Source: Minisyncoccota bacterium (lineage in GTDB: Bacteria > Patescibacteriota > Minisyncoccia > Phycocordibacterales > UBA9973). Taken from it: a DNA stretch of 64,000 nucleotides. Of this stretch, positions 1-8,192 are shown piece by piece (positions within the stretch are counted from its first letter, which is position 1; each line of letters starts with the position of its first letter). The DNA lies in NCBI GenBank assembly GCA_041650615.1, contig JBAZKU010000001.1, forward strand, positions 386,360 through 450,359. Direction: 5' to 3'. A program made the position numbers and the translations under genes. The notes beneath the pieces are model-generated. The model saw nothing but the letters and a program-made list of their open reading frames with translations. It had not been told where the DNA came from and did not search any database.

Positions 1-762
1 TCATTACTCGATGAAATGCCAGCCGGAAGAAAACAAATAATCACAGAAGTTATTACTCCAAATAAACGTGATGAAACTTATGAAAAAATAAGACAGGAAC
101 TAAAAAATGGCAGACAACTTTATGTTATTTGTCCAAGAATAGAAGAACCGGATCCAGCCAAAGAAATGGCCGTGCAAGCCAAGTCGGCAATAGCGGAAGC
201 TAAACGTTTGAAAAATGAAATTTTTACGGAATATGAAATCGGCGTGCTTCATTCAAAAATGAGTAAGCAGAAAAAAGAAGAAGTGATGAAGGAATTTGTT
301 AGTGGTGAGTTAAATATTCTTTGCGCTACTTCCGTAGTAGAAGTCGGGGTAAATGTGGAAAATGCAACGATAATAATAATTGAAGGCGCGGAAAGATTTG
401 GTTTGGCGCAACTTCATCAACTTCGCGGACGCGTAATCAGAAGCAATCACCAAGCATATTGTTATGTTTTTGCGGAAGCAAAAAGCGATAAAACAGTACA
501 AAGATTAAAAGCGTTGAAAACCGCTAAAAATGGTTTTGAGCTGGCAGAACTGGACCTTACCTTACGCGGTTCGGGAGAACTTGGAGGCACTAAGCAATGG
601 GGTATTTCTGACCTCGGAATGGAAGCGATAAAAAATTTAAAAATGGTGGAAGCCGCTCGCACTGAAGCCATCCGCTTGATTTCCGAAGACCCGGAACTCT
701 TCAAATATCCCCTACTAAGACAAAAAGTTCACGAAAAAGCCAGGGAGTTTCATTTTGAATAA
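1..762 (+). CDS. recG: ATP-dependent DNA helicase RecG, C-terminal part (5'-truncated by window)
   Basis: Helicase C motifs VVEVGVNVENAT, AERFGLAQLHQLRGRV, TRG motif GFELAELDLTLRGSGE; frame open back to base 1. Confidence 0.95.
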   Translation, partial: SLLDEMPAGRKQIITEVITPNKRDETYEKIRQELKNGRQLYVICPRIEEPDPAKEMAVQAKSAIAEAKRLKNEIFTEYEIGVLHSKMSKQKKEEVMKEFVSGELNILCATSVVEVGVNVENATIIIIEGAERFGLAQLHQLRGRVIRSNHQAYCYVFAEAKSDKTVQRLKALKTAKNGFELAELDLTLRGSGELGGTKQWGISDLGMEAIKNLKMVEAARTEAIRLISEDPELFKYPLLRQKVHEKAREFHFE

Positions 763-772
763 AAATTATATT

Positions 773-1018
773 TTAATATCCCCAAGAATATCCTGTCGCT
801 CCACAATTTCTATCAATAGAATTTAATGCTCCTTCCGCGGTATAACTACCCAATTCCCATCCTTTGATATTAGCATCAATAATAGCCCTACAATTTCTAG
901 GAAGACCTGTGTCTCCATAAATAATTTTTTTATTAGGATCACCATTAATCTTCCCTAAATAAAATGCTCCAACTATGAGGATAATTACAAAAACAATTTC
1001 TGTTATTTTTTTATTTAT
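773..1018 (-). CDS. small membrane-anchored hypothetical protein (81 aa, no ATG; ATA/ATT start or pseudogenised start)
   Basis: Manual translation INKKITEIVFVIILIVGAFYLGK...LPRNCRAIID...SIDRNCGATGYSWGY*; N-terminal TM helix, two Cys; in-frame TAA at 1030-1028. Confidence 0.55.
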   Translation of the reverse strand: MNKKITEIVFVIILIVGAFYLGKINGDPNKKIIYGDTGLPRNCRAIIDANIKGWELGSYTAEGALNSIDRNCGATGYSWGY

Positions 1019-1055
1019 AATTTCGTGTTAATTAATAAATATTTTTTAATAACTG

Positions 1056-1129
1056 TCCGCCTGCTACGATTCGAACGTAGGACCCTCTAGGTATAAGCTA
1101 GATGCTCTAACCAGCTGAGCTACAGGCGG
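1056..1129 (-). tRNA. tRNA-Ile (anticodon UAU)
   Basis: Cloverleaf CCGCCTG/CAGGCGG acceptor stem, anticodon arm TCTAG-CTTATAC-CTAGA, T-loop GTTCGAATC; CCA not encoded. Confidence 0.93.
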
Positions 1130-1162
1130 AGAACTAACAACAATAACTATAGCAAAATAAGG

Positions 1163-1843
1163 TTAAAATGCAATTTTACGCTTATTCAATAAAGCATCTT
1201 GTATATACTGTATCCCCATCATAACCTCGGCAGAGATCGGCCCATTATCAAGGATAACTGAGCATGTTCCCTGCCCAAAACCATTAGTATAAGTAATTGA
1301 CGATAATTTAGTTTTCTTAATATAAGGCTTTCTAAACTGTATAGTAGGAATATTGAGCGTTTTCGACCAAAAATTTATCTGCTTTTTAATATTCATATCA
1401 GAGTATAAATGTAAATGAACTTTGAGTTTTGACTTGGGAACATTAAAAAATTTTAGCCAGCGAATAAATAAAACAAGCATCGCGGGATTTGTATTAGTAA
1501 GTCCAATTGAAAATGTTTTTGTTTTTGAACCCTCAGCCCAGTATAAAAATAATCCCGCAATTAAAAACTCTCTACCAGAAATAGTTCCAATTTTTTGTGC
1601 AATTTTTTGATATGCAATTCTATTTTTTACTTCGCGCTTAGCCCTCATGGTATTTCTATACCTTTCAATGCGAATAGGACTATCAGCCCGTAATTCTCTG
1701 ATTCTCTTTTCAGATAGTGGCATATCATGTAGCCATCCACTTAATGTACTTTTGCTTATTTTTAGTTTTTCTTTGATCTGACTATAACTCATGCCCTTTT
1801 GTCGCATAACTATAGCCCTTTGCTTATCCTTTTTTCTTGCCAT
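1163..1843 (-). CDS. HTH plus LAGLIDADG-like domain protein
   Basis: N-terminal HTH (GMSYSQIKEKLKISKSTLSGWL); IAGLFLYWAEGSK followed by LTNTNPAML, resembling a LAGLIDADG helix/strand. Confidence 0.65.
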   Translation of the reverse strand: MARKKDKQRAIVMRQKGMSYSQIKEKLKISKSTLSGWLHDMPLSEKRIRELRADSPIRIERYRNTMRAKREVKNRIAYQKIAQKIGTISGREFLIAGLFLYWAEGSKTKTFSIGLTNTNPAMLVLFIRWLKFFNVPKSKLKVHLHLYSDMNIKKQINFWSKTLNIPTIQFRKPYIKKTKLSSITYTNGFGQGTCSVILDNGPISAEVMMGIQYIQDALLNKRKIAF

Positions 1844-1845
1844 AA

Positions 1846-1902
1846 AAAAATACGAACCACCAGTTAATAATTACTGATAATTATACACCTGTTCGTATTT
1901 TT
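1846..1902. promoter_or_regulatory. 12-bp inverted repeat enclosing a minus-strand -10 box upstream of the HTH-LAGLIDADG gene
   Basis: AAAAATACGAAC (1846-1857) / GTTCGTATTTTT (1891-1902); TATAAT on minus strand at 1885-1880. Confidence 0.5.
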
Positions 1903-1911
1903 ATACAAACT

Positions 1912-3837
1912 TTAGTTTTTTATTCCCAACTTTGCTTCGTCTCTTTTCTTCGGTATTATTCCATGCGCGATAATTATCTTATCATACTCATCTTGCTCTA
2001 GGGTTTCAACTTCAATAAGTTTAACAGCAATCGCGTCAAGCGCTTTTTTGTGTTCAGTTAAAACTTTCTCGGCTGATTTTATACCATCATTTATGATTCT
2101 GGAAACTTCAGCATCAACTTTTGTGGAAACTGTTTCAGAATATCCTTCTTCTCCTCTCATCTCTCCCCAATTTAATTTGCCTCCCTCCCCAACTAAACTA
2201 ATCGGACCGATTAAATCCGACATCCCCCAACGAGTGACCATGGCGCGAGCTAAATTCGTAGCCACTTGCAAATCACTTGAAGGTCCGGTAGTAATATCGC
2301 CAAAAACCATTTTTTCGGCAACATATCCGCCGAGGGACATTGCAATATCATCAATAAATTCTTTTTTGGACTGAAGCCGTCTATCTTCTAGGGGCAATTT
2401 TAGAGTATACCCCCCAGCGTTGCCACGAGCAATAATAGATACTTTGTGCACCGGGTCAGCATTCGGCAAAACAGATGCAACTATGGCATGTCCTGCCTCA
2501 TGATATGCGGTAATTTCTTTTTCTTTCTTGGAAAGTAAGTGGCTTTTTCTTTCAGGACCAAGCATTACTTTTTCAATAGCGCGAATCAGATCAAATTGAA
2601 AAACTTTCTTACGATTTTCCCGCGCCGCCAAAATGGCTCCTTCGTTCATTAAAGAATATAAATCAGCGCCGGAAAATCCAGGCGTTCGTTCGGCAATCAA
2701 TTTTAAATTAACATCTTCAGCTAATGGTTTTAATTTTGAATGAATTTCCAAAATTTCTTCGCGGTCTATGCGGTCCGGCAAATCTAGTAATACTTTCCTA
2801 TCAAAGCGTCCGGGACGAATAAGAGCCGGATCAAGCACATCTGGTCTATTGGTAGCCGCCATCACAATCACTTTTTCGTTGGGCTCAAAGCCGTCCATCT
2901 CAACTAAAATTTGGTTTAGGGTTTGTTCACGCTCGTCATTTCCTCCCCCAAATCCGCCTCCACGAGTACGCCCGATTGCATCAATTTCATCCATAAAGAT
3001 AATGGCAGGCGCGGATTTTTTGGCCATCTTGAAAAGATCACGCACTCGAGACGCCCCTACTCCAACAAACATTTCCACAAATTCGCTTCCGGATAAATGG
3101 AAAAATGGCACTATCGCTTCTCCTGCTACAGCACGCGCCAATAATGTTTTACCTGTTCCCGGAGCTCCGGTTAAAATTACTCCTTTGGGAATTCTAGCTC
3201 CTATATCCAAAAACTTTTTCGGATTTTTCAGAAAGTCTACAATTTCCTTCAATTCTTCTTTTGCTTCTTTACATCCGGCAACGTCTTTAAAAGTTACTTT
3301 ATTGTTTTTATCATTCGGGTCGGTAATACGAGCTTTGGATTGGCCGAAAGTAAATGCTTGCATACCCGCGCCTTTTACCTGGCGGGAAAGATACCAAAAG
3401 AAAAAGATTATGAAAAGAATCGGCAAAAGAAAAGGCAAGATATTCACCATCCAATACCAAAATCCGCTTTCATTTTTTATTTCTATGCTCGTTGCCGCTA
3501 AAACTTCCGGTTTTACTCCATAATTAAAAAGGGTTTGTGAAAGAGAAGATTCTGTTTCTTTTTTAGAAATTTTTATCGTATCGTCCTTATAGGTAATAGT
3601 CAAATTTTCTCCTTCAACTACAATTCCCTTCACCTCCCCGGCTGAAACGCTTTTAGCTAAATCGGAAATAGAAACATCAGGTATGGTCTTAGAAGTATCA
3701 GCTATTACCAAATAAAGCGCCGTAATGACCATAAAAATCAAAATAGCTCCAAGGATATTGCCCGAAAATTTAGGTGTTTCCTTTTTCTTTTTGCCTTTAT
3801 TTTTTGGCTCTTTTTGATTTAAAAAATTAAAATCCAT
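1912..3837 (-). CDS. ftsH: ATP-dependent zinc metalloprotease FtsH
   Basis: Two TM helices, Walker [17 protein letters not shown] zinc motif. Confidence 0.98.
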   Translation of the reverse strand: MDFNFLNQKEPKNKGKKKKETPKFSGNILGAILIFMVITALYLVIADTSKTIPDVSISDLAKSVSAGEVKGIVVEGENLTITYKDDTIKISKKETESSLSQTLFNYGVKPEVLAATSIEIKNESGFWYWMVNILPFLLPILFIIFFFWYLSRQVKGAGMQAFTFGQSKARITDPNDKNNKVTFKDVAGCKEAKEELKEIVDFLKNPKKFLDIGARIPKGVILTGAPGTGKTLLARAVAGEAIVPFFHLSGSEFVEMFVGVGASRVRDLFKMAKKSAPAIIFMDEIDAIGRTRGGGFGGGNDEREQTLNQILVEMDGFEPNEKVIVMAATNRPDVLDPALIRPGRFDRKVLLDLPDRIDREEILEIHSKLKPLAEDVNLKLIAERTPGFSGADLYSLMNEGAILAARENRKKVFQFDLIRAIEKVMLGPERKSHLLSKKEKEITAYHEAGHAIVASVLPNADPVHKVSIIARGNAGGYTLKLPLEDRRLQSKKEFIDDIAMSLGGYVAEKMVFGDITTGPSSDLQVATNLARAMVTRWGMSDLIGPISLVGEGGKLNWGEMRGEEGYSETVSTKVDAEVSRIINDGIKSAEKVLTEHKKALDAIAVKLIEVETLEQDEYDKIIIAHGIIPKKRDEAKLGIKN

Positions 3838-3925
3838 CCCGTTAGAAATAGGAAATCTTTAGATTTCCGTAGTTAATTTTAATCATGAATAACCGTTAAA
3901 CTATATGATTTCTAACGGGATCCAT
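3832..3925. mobile_element. MITE-like palindromic element at ftsH start codon (CCCGTTAGAAAT family)
   Basis: TIR CCCGTTAGAAAT 3838-3849 / ATTTCTAACGGG 3908-3919, flanked by direct repeat ATCCAT (reverse complement of ATGGAT). Confidence 0.8.
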
Positions 3926-3970
3926 AGTCAGGCATTATAGCACAAAAATTTAAAAAATAAAAATTCGGTA

Positions 3971-4007
3971 AAAAAAATAGCTAATGAAATATTATTAGCT
4001 ATTTTTT
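3971..4007. terminator. AT-rich hairpin, probable bidirectional terminator
   Basis: AAAAAATAGCTAAT...ATTAGCTATTTTTT. Confidence 0.5.
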
Positions 4008-4115
4008 ATTTTGCTTTTTTTTACTCCACCATTCGTCAATGAAGTAACAGGTTGGGAAAAAAACTATTAAAAAAACAAAGGTTATAATCCCTGCTATTAA
4101 TTTTGCATTTTCCAT
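3999..4115 (-). CDS. 38-aa single-TM small protein downstream of tmRNA
   Basis: MENAKLIAGIITFVFLIVFFPTCYFIDEWWSKKKQNKK*; GGAGG SD 4 nt upstream of ATG. Confidence 0.55.
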   Translation of the reverse strand: MENAKLIAGIITFVFLIVFFPTCYFIDEWWSKKKQNKK

Positions 4116-4159
4116 ATTTCCTCCAGATTATTTACAAAATAACATTAAAGAACTATTTG

Positions 4160-4558
4160 TGGAGATGGGGGGAAATGAGCCCCCGTGCAGAAGGTTTCTG
4201 CAAAAAGATCTACATGCTTAGCGCGCTTTTTGTTTTTAATTGAAAAACTTAAAAACGAGCCAAATATTTTTCAATCGATTCCCTTTGTTTTGGAAAAAAG
4301 CCAGGACTTCTTTTTTCCTATCCCGATAATATTATGCCCAACTCTCATATATCGGAAGTCTATGAGAAGGACATCAGCTTACGCCGAAGCGGAAACTGAA
4401 GCGAAAGCAAAGTCCGCCGAACCGAAGTAAGGAGAAACAATTGCTCTGACTTTAGAAGCTAATTTTGCAATTAACATTTGAACGAATTTTAATGAGATTA
4501 CATTCATTCTCAACATGCATCTTTGCAAGTAGACCCACTGTCTATGCCTTGCATCCCC
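4160..4558 (-). ncRNA. ssrA: tmRNA (SsrA)
   Basis: 5' GGGGATG pairs with 3' CATCTCC-A (G3:U70 Ala determinant); tag frame 4468-4379 AKLASKVRAIVSPYFGSADFAFASVSASA*; directly downstream of smpB. Confidence 0.9.
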
Positions 4559-4569
4559 ATATTATATTT

Positions 4570-5016
4570 TCAACGTTCCTTTAACTCGCGTCTGATTTCG
4601 CGGTCAGTCTCGCGTTTTTTAATACTTTCACGTTTATCTTGTTTTTTCTTCCCTTTAACCAAAGCAATTCCTACTTTGATTTTTCTCCCCTTATTATACA
4701 CCGAAATTGGTACTATTGTCAAACTTTTATTTTTCTCACTGCCGGCAAGTGTGGCTATTTCTTTTTTAGTAAGTAAAAGTTTTTTATTTCTGAGCGGGTC
4801 ATAATCTTTAGGCACGTTGTTTGGTTGATAAGGAGGAATATTGGAGTTTATTAAAAAAGCTTCTCCTCCCCTAATAATAACGAAGGCGCCCTCCAAAGAC
4901 ATTCTTCCTCCCCTAACAGATTTAACTTCCACGCCCAAAAGCTCAATGCCTGCTTCGTATTTTTCCAAAATTTCATAATTGAATCTCGCTTTTCTGTTTT
5001 CGGTATAATGAGCCAT
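4570..5016 (-). CDS. smpB: SsrA-binding protein SmpB
   Basis: NRKARFNYEILEKYEAGIEL, GKKKQDKRESIK. Confidence 0.98.
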   Translation of the reverse strand: MAHYTENRKARFNYEILEKYEAGIELLGVEVKSVRGGRMSLEGAFVIIRGGEAFLINSNIPPYQPNNVPKDYDPLRNKKLLLTKKEIATLAGSEKNKSLTIVPISVYNKGRKIKVGIALVKGKKKQDKRESIKKRETDREIRRELKER

Positions 5017-5069
5017 GTTTATATCTTAACACTCGGTAGTGAGTTTTGAAAATGTGTTAATATATTAGT

Positions 5070-5486
5070 ATGCCAATAAAACCTGAATTAAATGTTTCCG
5101 GATATAGGGGAATTTGGGGAGAAACTTTAACGGAAGAAATAGTAATAAGATTTACCCGGGCTTTTGCTCGTTTTACCAGAGAAGATTCCAATAAAGAAAA
5201 TCCGACTATTTTAATCGGTCGGGATGGACGCGAAAGCGGTCCAGAAATTAAAAAAATTATACTGAGAGAATTAAAAAGTATCGGAATTAATGCCGTTGAT
5301 GGGAATATCCTCCCTACCCCGACAGTTTTATTTTCTATTCGCAAACATAAATACGATGGAGCTATTATTATTACTGCTTCCCACAATCCGATAGAATATA
5401 ACGGTCTAAAATTTGTCAATAAAGAAGCTCTCTTTACTACCGGAGAAGAAATAGAAAAAATAAAAGAATATTATGATCATTCCTAA
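5070..5486 (+). CDS. phosphohexomutase (PMM/PGM/GlmM family) domain I, split gene part 1
   Basis: SGYRG, IGRDGRESG, catalytic TASHNP. Confidence 0.9.
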   Translation: MPIKPELNVSGYRGIWGETLTEEIVIRFTRAFARFTREDSNKENPTILIGRDGRESGPEIKKIILRELKSIGINAVDGNILPTPTVLFSIRKHKYDGAIIITASHNPIEYNGLKFVNKEALFTTGEEIEKIKEYYDHS

Positions 5487-6390
5487 TTTTACAAAAGAAC
5501 ACGCTGATAAGATATTAGAAAATGTTAACGTAGAAGCAATTCAAGCTAGAAAATTCAAGGTAGCTGTTGATATGATCAATGCCTCCGCTTGCGTAATGGA
5601 CCCATATCTTTTTGAAAAACTTGGCGTGGAATTAATTCCTTTAAATAATATCCCGAACGGCAAATTTGCCCACAGGCCTGAACCTATCAAAGAAAATCTG
5701 GGTGATATCGCCCACCTGGTTAAAGAATCTAAGGCTGACCTTGGTTTTATACATGATCCCGATGCCGATAGATTGGTAATCGTAGATGAAAAAGGAGAGG
5801 TAATTTCAGAAGAATACGGTCTAGCTTTTGGTATAGAAAATGTTTTATCAAAAAATCCGGGTAAAACAGCCGTAATAAATTTATCAACTTCACAAATGGA
5901 TGTGGATATAGCAAAAAAATACGGCAGCAACTGCATTCGCACAAAAATTGGAGAACCAAATGTAGTGGAAGGAATAATAAACAATGATGGCCTTATCGGT
6001 GGTGAAGGAAATGGCGGTGTTATTTATCCTTCTATTAATCTTGCGCGTGACAGCTTTGTCGGTCTTTCTTTGATTTTAGAAATGCTGGCTGAAAGAAAAC
6101 AAACAATCAGTGAATGTGTCGCAACTTTGCCAAAATATTTTATTAAAAAAGATAAATGGTCGGCAGTCGGAAAAAATTTAAATGAGATATATTCAAAATT
6201 AAAATCCCGCTTCAAAAACGCAAAAATAGACCAACAAGACGGTTTGCGCTTAGATTTTCCTGATAGTTCTTGGCTTCACTTAAGATCGTCAAATACCGAA
6301 CCGATTATCCGTCTTTTTGGGGAAGCAAAAACACAGGAGAGAATAGAAACCTTATTTAATGAAGCTAAGTTGACTTTGAATGAAAAATAA
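5473..6390 (+). CDS. phosphohexomutase domains II-IV, split gene part 2
   Basis: Metal loop DPDADR, GEGNGG, RSSNTEP. Confidence 0.9.
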   Translation: MIIPNFTKEHADKILENVNVEAIQARKFKVAVDMINASACVMDPYLFEKLGVELIPLNNIPNGKFAHRPEPIKENLGDIAHLVKESKADLGFIHDPDADRLVIVDEKGEVISEEYGLAFGIENVLSKNPGKTAVINLSTSQMDVDIAKKYGSNCIRTKIGEPNVVEGIINNDGLIGGEGNGGVIYPSINLARDSFVGLSLILEMLAERKQTISECVATLPKYFIKKDKWSAVGKNLNEIYSKLKSRFKNAKIDQQDGLRLDFPDSSWLHLRSSNTEPIIRLFGEAKTQERIETLFNEAKLTLNEK

Positions 6391-6427
6391 GCTAAACTTT
6401 TCTTAGTTAAAACTTTTTATATATCAA

Positions 6428-6934
6428 TTGCGAGAAAGAATAAACAACCAAATACGAGCCAAGGAACTTCGGGTTATAGATGGTGAGGGTCAAAATCTAG
6501 GTATTTTAAGCATAAGAGACGCATTAGAACTAGCCCAAAATAAGGGTTTAGATCTGATAGAAATATCACCTAATGCCAATCCTCCGATTGGCAAAATAAT
6601 GGATTTTGGCAAATATCAATATGAAGTTAATAAAAAATTAAAGAAAGCCAAGGCAGGTTCCAAACCGACGGAAACAAAGTCAATCCAAATAAAAATAGGT
6701 ACCGGCGACCATGATTTGGAACTCAAAGCAAAAACTGCTTCAAAATGGTTAAAAGAAGGACATAGAATCAAAGTTGAACTTTTCCTTACTGGCCGCACAA
6801 AATATATGGATGAAAAGTTTTTAAGGGAACGATTAGACAGGGTGCTTCATTTAATTACTGAAGGTTATAAAGTTTCTGATTCATATAAAAGAACCCCTAA
6901 GGGTTTGGTTATAACAATAGAGAAAGCCAAATAA
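6428..6934 (+). CDS. infC: translation initiation factor IF-3
   Basis: INNQIRAKELRVI, GLDLIEISP, MDFGKYQYE; non-ATG (TTG) start as expected for infC. Confidence 0.97.
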   Translation: MRERINNQIRAKELRVIDGEGQNLGILSIRDALELAQNKGLDLIEISPNANPPIGKIMDFGKYQYEVNKKLKKAKAGSKPTETKSIQIKIGTGDHDLELKAKTASKWLKEGHRIKVELFLTGRTKYMDEKFLRERLDRVLHLITEGYKVSDSYKRTPKGLVITIEKAK

Positions 6935-6968
6935 TTATAAAGCAAAAAAATTAAAAGAAAAAAGGGAA

Positions 6969-7166
6969 ATGAAAGGAATGAAAACAAATAAGTCATATTC
7001 AAAGAGGTTAAAACTTACAAAGAATGGAAAAACGATTTCTCGAAAGCCGGGTTTTAATCACTTTAATGCGAAACAATCGCGCACCCAGCAATTAGCCGGT
7101 CATAAGAGGCAAGCTTTTTTGATCAAAAATAAACCAAAGAGTCACTTATTACCATTTTCAGCCTAA
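6969..7166 (+). CDS. rpmI: 50S ribosomal protein L35
   Basis: MKTNKSYSKRLKLTKNGK; between infC and rplT. Confidence 0.93.
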   Translation: MKGMKTNKSYSKRLKLTKNGKTISRKPGFNHFNAKQSRTQQLAGHKRQAFLIKNKPKSHLLPFSA

Positions 7167-7187
7167 GGCTGATCCGCCCTTGGCGGA
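7167..7187 (+). repeat. REP-like TCCGCC-n-GGCGGA hairpin
   Basis: GGCTGATCCGCCCTTGGCGGA; related copies at 21151, 26445, 40261. Confidence 0.75.
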
Positions 7188-7205
7188 AGTTTAATTTAAA
7201 AAACC

Positions 7206-7550
7206 ATGACAAGAGTAAAAAAAGGAGTGCACGCATTAAAAAGAAGAAGAAGTGTGTTAAAACAAACAAAAGGTTTTCGCCATGGCCGAAGTACGAAAGA
7301 ACGTCAAGCGAAAGAAGCGCTTTTACATTCCGGAAATTATTCTTTTGCTCATAGAAAAGACAAAAAGTCATATAATAGAAAACTTTGGAATATTAAAATA
7401 AATGCGCTCAGCCGCGAGTTGGGCATATCATATTCAAAACTAATCGACACACTAAAAAAGAAAAACATATTGCTTGACCGAAAGATCTTGGCTGATTTAG
7501 CAGAAAATAACCCATCGGTTTTTGCTAGAGTTTTAGAACATACAAAATAA
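7206..7550 (+). CDS. rplT: 50S ribosomal protein L20
   Basis: MTRVKKG, LWNIKINA, LDRKILADLA. Confidence 0.97.
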   Translation: MTRVKKGVHALKRRRSVLKQTKGFRHGRSTKERQAKEALLHSGNYSFAHRKDKKSYNRKLWNIKINALSRELGISYSKLIDTLKKKNILLDRKILADLAENNPSVFARVLEHTK

Positions 7551-7571
7551 AAACCCCTTTAGGGGGTTTTT
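7549..7571. terminator. bidirectional intrinsic terminator
   Basis: AAAAACCCCTTTAGGGGGTTTTT between convergent genes. Confidence 0.7.
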
Positions 7572-8169
7572 ATTTTGTATGTTTGTTCAGTTTATCTTTT
7601 TTAACCAGAGTGGTTACGTCCGCTATAAGTTTTTTAATATTGTCGCCTGCAACAATTTTATCATTCGGGCGGTGGCTTTTTCTGATTATATCTTCTAGTT
7701 GTTCACCAGTTTCCCAAGGTCCTTTTAAAATACCTATGGGTTTGTAATCCTCAAAAGCAACAGTAAACTCATGAATAGTGCCAATGCGTCCAGGACCGCA
7801 TATAACCGCATCGGAAGAGCGAGTAAGAAGAAGATCGCGTCCTGGATAGCCAAAACCGGTGTAAATAATTAAATCCATATAATCAAGAGGGAGCTTATAA
7901 ATTTCCACATGCTCTTTTTCTGAAGCCGCCGGAGAAAAACCGATTGAAATCCCACCTTCTTCTTTAGCTCCCATAGCTGCCCAAAACGGAAAACCGGTAG
8001 TTGCCCCTGTTACTAAAACCGCTCCCTGACGAGCTACTTCCCGTCCAAGTTCTTTTGCTATGTCCAGGGTACCTAATCCGCAATTACTGGTATCAGCTGC
8101 CCCGGAAACGCATATTTTTATTTGATTGTGTCCATGCTTGTTGTAAGGACCTGATGAAATAATATCCAT
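7570..8169 (-). CDS. LOG/Rossmann-fold nucleotide-binding protein (TIGR00725-like)
   Basis: LVTGATTG, GRDLLLTRSSDAVI, GRIGTIHEF. Confidence 0.85.
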   Translation of the reverse strand: MDIISSGPYNKHGHNQIKICVSGAADTSNCGLGTLDIAKELGREVARQGAVLVTGATTGFPFWAAMGAKEEGGISIGFSPAASEKEHVEIYKLPLDYMDLIIYTGFGYPGRDLLLTRSSDAVICGPGRIGTIHEFTVAFEDYKPIGILKGPWETGEQLEDIIRKSHRPNDKIVAGDNIKKLIADVTTLVKKDKLNKHTK

Positions 8170-8192
8170 AAATTCAATATAATCTTAGTATA

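Noticed and set aside
2048-3523. Long plus-strand ORFs (108 and 251 aa) opposite ftsH, and similar ones opposite fusA, tuf, secY, rplE and murB
   Set aside because: Shadow frames of conserved genes with no motifs or start signals.
4185-4430. 81-aa plus-strand ORF
   Set aside because: Antisense to tmRNA; the Ala/Glu pattern mirrors the tag frame.
6428-6430. Non-ATG start of infC as a novelty
   Set aside because: Non-canonical infC starts are established autoregulation.
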